DNA from: an uncultured Dehalococcoidia bacterium
Lineage (GTDB): Bacteria; Chloroflexota; Dehalococcoidia; Lucifugimonadales; UBA1127
NCBI GenBank assembly: GCA_964612825.1
Contig: CAZTCW010000051.1
Coordinates: 4,452 to 68,451, forward strand
Length of the DNA stretch: 64,000 bases
Reading direction: 5' to 3'
Both the position numbers and the translations under genes were made by a program. The notes below the pieces were generated by a model. The model was not told the origin of the DNA. It worked only from the letters and a program-made list of their open reading frames with translations, and did no database searches. Below, in pieces: positions 57,380-64,000 of the stretch. How positions within the stretch are numbered: the first letter of the stretch is position 1; each line of letters opens with the position of its first letter.

Positions 57380-58333
57380 ATGATCAAACACTTTACCGAT
57401 CTCCTAAAGGGAATAATTATTGTTTTAATCTCGATGTTCCTCTTTTTGAATTGCAGCTCCTTTACCGAACCCGTATCGGACCCAAAAAGTATCAACAACT
57501 CGGATGTTTCCCTGTTTTTGGCGGTGTCAGACATTGTGGTTGGTGAAAATCGGTTTTCCTTCGGGATGTTTGACAAGAATGGCTCGATGTTAAAAGACTC
57601 ACCGCTAGAGGTGGAATTTTTGTTGAACCCTGAGTCCAACGCTAAAACTGTCTTAAAAACTCAAGCTAATTTTATGGAAATTCAGGGTACGACGCCCCAT
57701 CGACATATCGACGGATCGATCCATTTACATGATGAGTCAGTAGGGTTTCATGTCGTTGATGGGGTAGAATTCAACGAGTTAGGAATCTGGGTAGCAAAGG
57801 TACGTACTGAAAAGGAAATAGAGTTGGACGTTCCTCCTAGTGAACTCTATTTTGAGGTGAAGGAAAAATCCTCTACTCTTGTCGTCGGTGATTTCATCCC
57901 TCAGAGTCAAAATCCGGTTATTACCCCTCTAATAGATTTTAAAGACATCACTACTCATCAACCCCCAATTCCAGAATTTTATCGGTTAACGATTGCCGAA
58001 GCTTTAACAGAGGCAAAACCGTTAGTCGTGGTGTTTTCCACTCCGGCATTCTGTATCAGTCGAATGTGTGGTCCAGTAACGGATGTAGTAGCCGAAGCAT
58101 TTAATACGTACAATAATTTCGCGAATTTTATTCATATAGAGCCTTGGGATTTAAAATCCGCCAGAGAAGGCGAACGGTTAATGTGGTCTGAAATAGCGGC
58201 TGAATGGCGGTTACCAAGCGAGCCCTGGGTGTTTATTGTTGATGACAAAGGGAAAGTTTTTGCTAGATTTGAAGGGCCAATAAGCTTGGAAGAGATTGAA
58301 GGATCCTTAGACCATCTTCTCCGACTAGAATAG
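57380..58333 (+). CDS. Exported two-domain protein: His-rich Ig-like N-domain plus thioredoxin-fold (Sco/TlpA-like) C-domain with a Cx4C motif
   Basis: 317 aa. Signal peptide then Cys (LFLNCSS). His cluster PHRHIDGSIHLHDE. Thioredoxin-like PLVVVFSTPAFCISRMCGPV … PWVFIVDDKGKV. Confidence 0.55.
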   Translation: MIKHFTDLLKGIIIVLISMFLFLNCSSFTEPVSDPKSINNSDVSLFLAVSDIVVGENRFSFGMFDKNGSMLKDSPLEVEFLLNPESNAKTVLKTQANFMEIQGTTPHRHIDGSIHLHDESVGFHVVDGVEFNELGIWVAKVRTEKEIELDVPPSELYFEVKEKSSTLVVGDFIPQSQNPVITPLIDFKDITTHQPPIPEFYRLTIAEALTEAKPLVVVFSTPAFCISRMCGPVTDVVAEAFNTYNNFANFIHIEPWDLKSAREGERLMWSEIAAEWRLPSEPWVFIVDDKGKVFARFEGPISLEEIEGSLDHLLRLE

Positions 58334-58362
58334 CATCAGTGGTTGCTGGTCAGTAATTTGAT

Positions 58363-58929
58363 TTGTGGGATTATCACTATATGTTATCAAACTGTTATCG
58401 GATGGCTCTGCCAATCAGGATAATTTTAGTAATAACTATTCTGGCAATTCTCTTAACAGACGGCTTTAAGGTCCATGCCAACGGTTCCCACCCAGGAGCG
58501 CAAGAAGTATTTTCTGATACGACTAGTAGGTTCCCGATACGAGTTCTAATGGTTCCAAGTGTAGGTAATGGGCACATGAATATATTGTTGGATTCTAATA
58601 ATGCCAATGTGAATACCGATGAAATTCAAATTTTCATTACCGCCCAGAATCCGATTGGGAATTTTTCTGGGCAAAACCCTATCCAGGCTACTCCCGCTTT
58701 TGGTTCTCCCGGATGGTATGGTGTAAATCTTCCCATTAATGAACCTGGACAATGGGGGTTTACTATCGAGATAACAGATGGGGAATCGAGGACATTAAAC
58801 AATTTCCGAGTGGATATAATGTCAAATTCTGATATCAATTGGCCTATCGTTTTCGCCCTTTTTATATTCACGCTAATATTTATATGGGCTATAATTTCTC
58901 GCGTCAGAAGAAAGCAATTAAGGAGATAA
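58363..58929 (+). CDS. Exported Ig-like (FixH/YtkA/CopC-like by pattern) protein with C-terminal membrane anchor
   Basis: 188 aa in the track (TTG start). The more likely start is ATG 58402 (MALPIRIILVITILAILL…VHA), which gives a classical signal peptide. It has a beta-rich domain (…GNGHMNILL…PGWYGVNLPINEPGQWGFTIEI…) and a C-terminal TM helix plus RRKQLRR. Confidence 0.5.
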   Translation: MWDYHYMLSNCYRMALPIRIILVITILAILLTDGFKVHANGSHPGAQEVFSDTTSRFPIRVLMVPSVGNGHMNILLDSNNANVNTDEIQIFITAQNPIGNFSGQNPIQATPAFGSPGWYGVNLPINEPGQWGFTIEITDGESRTLNNFRVDIMSNSDINWPIVFALFIFTLIFIWAIISRVRRKQLRR

Positions 58930-58933
58930 TATT

Positions 58934-59389
58934 ATGATCAAGGCCTTAGAATTTTTCAGTAGGAGGCTTTTTTTGTCAGCGGGATTAATCGTTATTTTGT
59001 CTTCAGGAATAAGTTGTACTAGTGCGGACCCTAGAGATCGGTCATTTAACCTCTCGATTGTTGACCAAAAATTGGTTAATCAAGATTCAAATCTAACGGT
59101 TAATCAAGATGATAGGGTGAACATAGTCATAAATTCAGATAAAAATGTTTTATTTCACCTCCATGGATACGATATTGAAAAATTGGTGAAGGCGGGCGAA
59201 CCAACGGAAATTGATTTTACAGCTAAGGCTTCGGGGAGCTTCCCGTTTACGATCCATGAGAGTGAATCAACTGAGGAACATGAGAGCCACGAGAACGCCA
59301 GTCATGGCCACCATGAAGACGGCCATGAGGAAGTTAGTGTTGCTGAGGATGAATTAGAATTAGGGCGCCTAGATGTTCTCCCTAACTAG
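58934..59389 (+). CDS. Exported cupredoxin-like (Cys-less) protein with His/Glu-rich C-terminal tail
   Basis: 151 aa. AAGGAG SD. Signal peptide then Cys (SSGISCTS). Cupredoxin_1-like strand pattern (FNLSIVDQKL…VNIVINSD…LFHLHGYDIE…GSFPFTIHE). Tail is HESESTEEHESHENASHGHHEDGHEE. Confidence 0.5.
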   Translation: MIKALEFFSRRLFLSAGLIVILSSGISCTSADPRDRSFNLSIVDQKLVNQDSNLTVNQDDRVNIVINSDKNVLFHLHGYDIEKLVKAGEPTEIDFTAKASGSFPFTIHESESTEEHESHENASHGHHEDGHEEVSVAEDELELGRLDVLPN

Positions 59390-59412
59390 GTGAAAATTCG
59401 GAGCCATTTCTT

Positions 59413-60951
59413 ATGACCGGTTACCTAAAGTTACTGTTTGCAATCTTTAATGTTGTTATCCTGGCGTTTGTTTATCAATCTGATGTCTTGGCACATGGTT
59501 TTGGTGAAAGGTATGATCTTCCCTTGCCGTTATGGTTGTACGTTAGCGGTGGTGGGATTGTAGTCTTTTCATCATTTTTAGCTATCGGATTCTTCCTCCA
59601 GAATCGGGAAATTATTTCTCATTACCCCACCAAAAAAATAGTCGGTATATTAAATGGTTCAAGAAGAATTCAGCAGGGGATGCTAGGAATACTTGGTTTG
59701 GCTTCTGCGGGCATCCTGGTCCTCGTCATCATCTCGGGTTTTATCGGGACGCAAATTCCCAGTGAGAACTTTTCACCTACCTTCGTTTGGATAATTTGGT
59801 GGACTGGTATGGCTTATTTGTCAGCAGTTTTTGGTAACTTTTGGGCCTTTCTCAATCCTTGGTACGTCCTTTTCAGTTTTTTTGAAAGGCTCTACCGGCT
59901 CGTAAGTCGTGGAGGTGAAATATCTTTAAAAGTTCCCTATCCTACCCAAATTGGTTGTTGGCCCGCAATAATTCTATATCTTTCTTTCGCTTGGTTTGAA
60001 TTGGTCTATCCCGAATCTGCAATTCCTGTGCGTCTTTCTCAATTCATACTTGTTTATTCGGGAATCACATTAATAGGGATGTTTCTTTTCGGGAAAGAAA
60101 TGTGGAGCCGAAACGGGGATCCCTTTTCACTATGTTTTGGGCTGATAGGGAAAATTGCTCCGGTTGAGGCCAGAGTATCAGACCCCCAGATTTGCAAGGA
60201 ATGTACAGCCCAGTGCCAATGGAGTGACGGCGTGTGTATCAATTGCTCAACTTGCTATTTTATGGCTTCTCCTATTGATCGAGAGATACTTTTTAGGCCC
60301 TTCGGGGCGGGGTTGCTCCAAAGCGAGAAGGTTTCAGTTCCAACAATGATATTTGTGATAGTTGTATTATCATCTGTCTCCTTCGATGGCTTTACCTCGA
60401 CTTTTCTGTGGCAACTGGTTTTCAGCGGAGTGTATGGAATCATCCCCAATGTTACGGTTACGGGTACTATAGGGCTTGTTGGGTTTTCGGTGGTCTTCCT
60501 TGCGGTTTATTTATTTTTCAGCGCTTTGATGTCTGCGGCAACCTCTTGGCGAATGCCAATTCTGGCGTTTGGCACAGCTTTTATCTATTCGCTTATCCCA
60601 ATCGCTTTAGCGTATCATCTAGCCCATTATTTTTCGTATTTACTGATTCAAGGGCAACTGATTTTTCCGCTCGCATCCGATCCGTTCGGTTTTGGATGGA
60701 ATCTATTTAATTCTGGAGATTTTGTAATCAATATTGCGATTGTTAATGCAAAATTTGCTTGGATTACCGCGTTAATTTCTATCATTTCTGGACACGTTAT
60801 TGCGATTTATGTCGCCCACGTTATAGCTATGCGGGTCTTTACGGAAAGGGTTCAGGCCTTAAGGAGTCAATACCCTATGGTGGTATTGATGGTAGGGTAC
60901 ACTATGTTGAGCCTTTGGACGCTGGCACAACCTCTTGTAGAATTCAGATAG
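59413..60951 (+). CDS. Polytopic (about 11 TM) membrane protein with predicted N-terminal His after signal cleavage and a six-Cys ferredoxin-like loop
   Basis: 512 aa. Signal-like N-terminus …SDVLA/HGFGERYDLPLP. Loop C261-x2-C-x3-C-x6-C-x2-C-x2-C281 (CKECTAQCQWSDGVCINCSTC). Conserved-looking His pairs sit in late TMs (AYHLAHY, SGHVIAIYVAHV). Confidence 0.55.
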   Translation: MTGYLKLLFAIFNVVILAFVYQSDVLAHGFGERYDLPLPLWLYVSGGGIVVFSSFLAIGFFLQNREIISHYPTKKIVGILNGSRRIQQGMLGILGLASAGILVLVIISGFIGTQIPSENFSPTFVWIIWWTGMAYLSAVFGNFWAFLNPWYVLFSFFERLYRLVSRGGEISLKVPYPTQIGCWPAIILYLSFAWFELVYPESAIPVRLSQFILVYSGITLIGMFLFGKEMWSRNGDPFSLCFGLIGKIAPVEARVSDPQICKECTAQCQWSDGVCINCSTCYFMASPIDREILFRPFGAGLLQSEKVSVPTMIFVIVVLSSVSFDGFTSTFLWQLVFSGVYGIIPNVTVTGTIGLVGFSVVFLAVYLFFSALMSAATSWRMPILAFGTAFIYSLIPIALAYHLAHYFSYLLIQGQLIFPLASDPFGFGWNLFNSGDFVINIAIVNAKFAWITALISIISGHVIAIYVAHVIAMRVFTERVQALRSQYPMVVLMVGYTMLSLWTLAQPLVEFR

Positions 60952-60969
60952 TGAGAGTGTTTAGTCGAT

Positions 60970-63564
60970 TCAACTCCAAATAAGTTGGAAATTTGAACCT
61001 GATTGTTCACTCTTATTTACTTCTATTCGAACAGGAAAAGCGTCTTTCAATTCCTCAATATGTGTGATTACAACAATAAGGTCAAATTCATCTTGGATTG
61101 TACGAATTGAATCTATAAGAAGTCCCCTTCCGTCTGCATCTTGGGTCCCGAACCCTTCATCAATAAACAGAGTTTTTAGAGGAGCCCCAGATCGCGATGC
61201 CAATAGTTTTGCAAGCGCTATTCTCAAGGCGAAGCTAATCCGGAAAGCCTCCCCTCCACTAAACAGTTGGAAATTTCTAATTCCCGTTTCATCTCCGATT
61301 TTTATTTCCAATGTTTCAAAGGCTTCTCCTCTTCTATTATGACGCTGAGTTTCTAGCGTAAGATGAAGACGGTTGTCTGTTAATTGCGCCAATAGACTAT
61401 TGGCTTCTGACTCCAATTCAGGTATGGCTTCTTGAATTAAGAAAGCCTGAATCCCGTCTTTCCCAAAGGCGGTTGCCAGAAGGTTATAAGTTTTCCATTG
61501 GTCTCGGGTTCTTCTCAAGTTCTTGGAGAGTTCGCTTTTCTCTTTTTCGACTATATTGAGTTCATCAAGCCTTCGTTTATAGAAAATTAGTTCTGCTTGT
61601 AATTTGGTATGTTCTTCTTCCAATACCTGTAGATCGCCAGTAATTCTATCGAACCTGTCTTGGATTACAGGGAGGCTTTCAATCTCTAATTGTATTGCAG
61701 CGATGGACTTTTCTGTTTCAATGAGCCAAGATTTCCTTTCATTGATTACCTGTTCGAGTGATACAATATCCGACTCGTCTTGTGGCAGTTGGGCTCTAGC
61801 GCGTTCTAGTTCAGGGAGTTCTCTTTCGAATTGTTCTAGAAAACGGATATGAAGTTCAAGCTTCTGGTGGTTTTCAGGGTTGTAGTCCAAGGCAATAATC
61901 CTCTCCTCCAGACCCTGAAGCTCATTTTTTAGATCTTCTGCGAAATTCCCTAATTTCAAATTCTCTTCCATGTTACCCAGTTCGAGCTTTAGGGCCTCTA
62001 TCTCTCGCCCAGCAGCGGCAGCTTCTTCTTGTTGTCGTAAAAGGAACCCTTGTTTTGCTAGCAGCAAACGCTTTTCACTTGAAACCGCATCCTCTTTTTG
62101 CTTCAAGCTGATTTCAATATTATCCTTGTTCTTTATAAGCAAGTTTTTTCTTTTCTCTAAATTGAGATACTTTTTCCGGTGTGCTTTACCTTGGGCTGTC
62201 ATTTCATCTTTCATTTTCGAAATCTTTTCGTGTCCTAATGAGGTTCTACAAATAGGACATTCACTTTGATCTTCGTTCAGTATGTCCAATTGCCTGCGCA
62301 AATTTTGCATTTCGCTGAACGACTGAACTGATTCTATATTTACGCGCTCTGTTTCAGTAATTACTGACAGTAAGTCGCTACGTAACGATTGGATATTTAA
62401 TTCTTCATTGGACAACGAGTCTAGACTCGCCCCTACAGTGGTTAGAGCAAGGTCAATTTCATTTCGGTTTTCTATTGTAGGTATCAGGTCTCGGTCTAGG
62501 TGTTGTTTTCGTTGTAGCATTTGGCTTTCAAGATGCACTTTTTGTTGACCAATTATTTGTTCAAGAGACAATTTTTCTTTGACGAGTATCTCCTGATGGC
62601 TTTTCGATACTTCAAACCGGGTAAGAACTGTTCTCGATTCTTTTAGTAGTCTGATTTTCTCAAGGATTTCATTTTCTCGGGCTACTAATTCACGGCTCTT
62701 AATAATCCGTTGAAGCGCAGAACCCTTTTGGTATTCCAAAATTGGCAATTCTTTTATCCATCTTGATTGATCGGCAATCAATCGTTGCCCTTCTTCGTGG
62801 CGAGCTTCTAACTGTCGAAGTTTACTGCGTTGTGTTTCCAAGGCTGATGTATGTTCCTTCAAGTTCGGGATCAAATTTTTGAGGGTTGATTGATTTTCAT
62901 TGCGAGCTGCAATAAAACCAGCCTTCTTACTTATTTCTTCTCCCATCTGTTCAAGCCTTGATTCTTGCTCTCGAGAAATGAGGAGATATTCTCTTACTTT
63001 GAATTTGGCTTCATCCTCCAGTTTTTCGTAAAGGGAAAGCCCTAGGATTCCCGCTAAAGTTTCTTTCCTTTGGGAGGGTTTACTCGTTGTAAATCGGTCT
63101 GCCTGACCCTGGAGGAGGAAGGCACTGTCCAGAAATGTTTCATAGTCCATCCTTATTATCCCTTGCACGCGCCTTTCTGTGCCAATAATTGAGGGTTCGG
63201 ACACTGAAAGGAATTCGGACCCGGTGTCCATTTGTAGATCTAGTAAAGTTGTCGATCCTCTTCCGCGGCTACCTTTGCTATGCTTTCGGAGGATCCGATA
63301 TTTGGTTCCATCTGCCAGAAATTCTAGGACTACTTCCATGTCGGTTTGACCTTGGTGGATTAATTCGTCAGCAGAATTCCCTCCTTGACCGTAACGATGA
63401 CCCCTCGCCCACCCCCATAAAGCCCAGGTCATAGCGTCGAGTAACGCTGATTTTCCATGACCATTGTTTCCCGAAAGGCACGCCACGTGTAGGCCTGTAA
63501 AATCTAATTCCTCAGGCGATTTGTAGCTCATAAAATTGTAAAGCATCAATTTAAGTGGAACCAT
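60970..63564 (-). CDS. sbcC: SbcC/Rad50-family SMC-like ATPase with zinc hook
   Basis: 864 aa. Walker A GNNGHGKSALLDA, long coiled coils, central CxxC hook (SECPICRTSLG), signature FSGGEAFRISFALRIALA, Walker B LFIDEGFG, H-loop VVITHIEEL. Confidence 0.85.
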   Translation of the reverse strand: MVPLKLMLYNFMSYKSPEELDFTGLHVACLSGNNGHGKSALLDAMTWALWGWARGHRYGQGGNSADELIHQGQTDMEVVLEFLADGTKYRILRKHSKGSRGRGSTTLLDLQMDTGSEFLSVSEPSIIGTERRVQGIIRMDYETFLDSAFLLQGQADRFTTSKPSQRKETLAGILGLSLYEKLEDEAKFKVREYLLISREQESRLEQMGEEISKKAGFIAARNENQSTLKNLIPNLKEHTSALETQRSKLRQLEARHEEGQRLIADQSRWIKELPILEYQKGSALQRIIKSRELVARENEILEKIRLLKESRTVLTRFEVSKSHQEILVKEKLSLEQIIGQQKVHLESQMLQRKQHLDRDLIPTIENRNEIDLALTTVGASLDSLSNEELNIQSLRSDLLSVITETERVNIESVQSFSEMQNLRRQLDILNEDQSECPICRTSLGHEKISKMKDEMTAQGKAHRKKYLNLEKRKNLLIKNKDNIEISLKQKEDAVSSEKRLLLAKQGFLLRQQEEAAAAGREIEALKLELGNMEENLKLGNFAEDLKNELQGLEERIIALDYNPENHQKLELHIRFLEQFERELPELERARAQLPQDESDIVSLEQVINERKSWLIETEKSIAAIQLEIESLPVIQDRFDRITGDLQVLEEEHTKLQAELIFYKRRLDELNIVEKEKSELSKNLRRTRDQWKTYNLLATAFGKDGIQAFLIQEAIPELESEANSLLAQLTDNRLHLTLETQRHNRRGEAFETLEIKIGDETGIRNFQLFSGGEAFRISFALRIALAKLLASRSGAPLKTLFIDEGFGTQDADGRGLLIDSIRTIQDEFDLIVVITHIEELKDAFPVRIEVNKSEQSGSNFQLIWS

Positions 63565-63979
63565 CGGCCTCTTCTTCCCAAGAAATTATTTTGTGGGGAA
63601 TAATGGTAATCACCGTCGTTTTGCCAGCACTTAGAATTTTATCGGCAAATGGAATACCCCGTTCTTTGCCTAGGTAATGAATGCTAATATCCCTCGTCAG
63701 CTTTTCCGCATTCTCTGAATTTAAATTTGCAATTCCTTCGACCAATACATACCGGTACGGTTCGCTGGGAGTAGCCACAGAAAATGCGACTCTCGGATCT
63801 TTTCCAATATTTTTTGCCTTAACAGACGAATTTTGACAGATTATAAATAACTGACCACCGTGAAATTGATACCATATTGGAGAAATATGAGGAGAGCCAT
63901 CTTCCCTAAGCGTAACAAAATTAGCGATATTTGGACTGGACAAGTATTCATCTATTTGTGTTTTCGTCATTTTTGGCAT
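63551..63979 (-). CDS. Pyridoxamine 5'-phosphate oxidase-fold (PPOX class, probably F420/FMN-dependent) protein
   Basis: 142 aa. …ANFVTLREDGSPHISPIWYQFHGGQLFI…KAKNIGKDPRVAFSV…YVLVEGIA… follows the split-barrel PPOX pattern. Its 3' end overlaps the sbcC start by 14 nt. Confidence 0.75.
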   Translation of the reverse strand: MPKMTKTQIDEYLSSPNIANFVTLREDGSPHISPIWYQFHGGQLFIICQNSSVKAKNIGKDPRVAFSVATPSEPYRYVLVEGIANLNSENAEKLTRDISIHYLGKERGIPFADKILSAGKTTVITIIPHKIISWEEEADGST

Positions 63980-64000
63980 TTTAATGGCGACTCCGGCGTT

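Overview
This is a gene-dense (about 60 CDS), AT-leaning bacterial chromosomal segment. I found no rRNA, CRISPR array, transposase, integrase or prophage genes, and one tRNA (Gly-CCC).

Left third (2.4-17 kb): 11 consecutive minus-strand genes for replication and housekeeping: cupin, gyrA, gyrB, polA, a coiled-coil ORF, coaD, rsmD, pyrE, nadD, obg and dnaA. The run ends at a 349-nt dnaA/fmt divergent intergenic region, which is my candidate for the origin region. That region has no canonical DnaA boxes, and dnaN is not next to dnaA.

The rest is core metabolism:
- the gcvT-H-PA-PB glycine cleavage operon
- an SDR-queD-queC-folE pterin/7-deazaguanine operon
- meaB, a GT20 trehalose-P synthase, leuS, era, cyclophilin, H+-PPase, NDP-sugar pyrophosphorylase, family-5 UDG and an SbcC-like ATPase

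Interspersed are poorly characterised modules:
- a MoxR-DUF58-DUF4129 triad
- a thiolase-fold/DUF35 pair
- F420-linked enzymes
- a cupredoxin with a PuuD-like membrane protein

The F420-linked enzymes, thiolase/DUF35 pair and probable leaderless mRNA hint at a Chloroflexota-like marine lineage. That is a low-confidence guess.

Best candidates for something undescribed:
1. 46964-50591: an anchor-less SdhA/SdhB/CCG three-gene oxidoreductase. By my by-eye alignment, its flavoprotein has lost the covalent-FAD histidine and two canonical dicarboxylate-binding residues.
2. 57380-60951: a tightly packed four-gene envelope operon that looks like a metal (Cu/Fe) redox-handling system. It encodes a Sco/TlpA-like Cx4C lipoprotein, an Ig-like anchored protein, a Cys-less cupredoxin-like protein with a His/Glu tail, and a roughly 11-TM protein with a ferredoxin-like six-Cys loop.
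3. 54051-56471: an 806-aa exported protein with three CARDB-like repeats and a C-terminal HExxH domain.

All functional calls come from reading motifs by eye; no database search was run.
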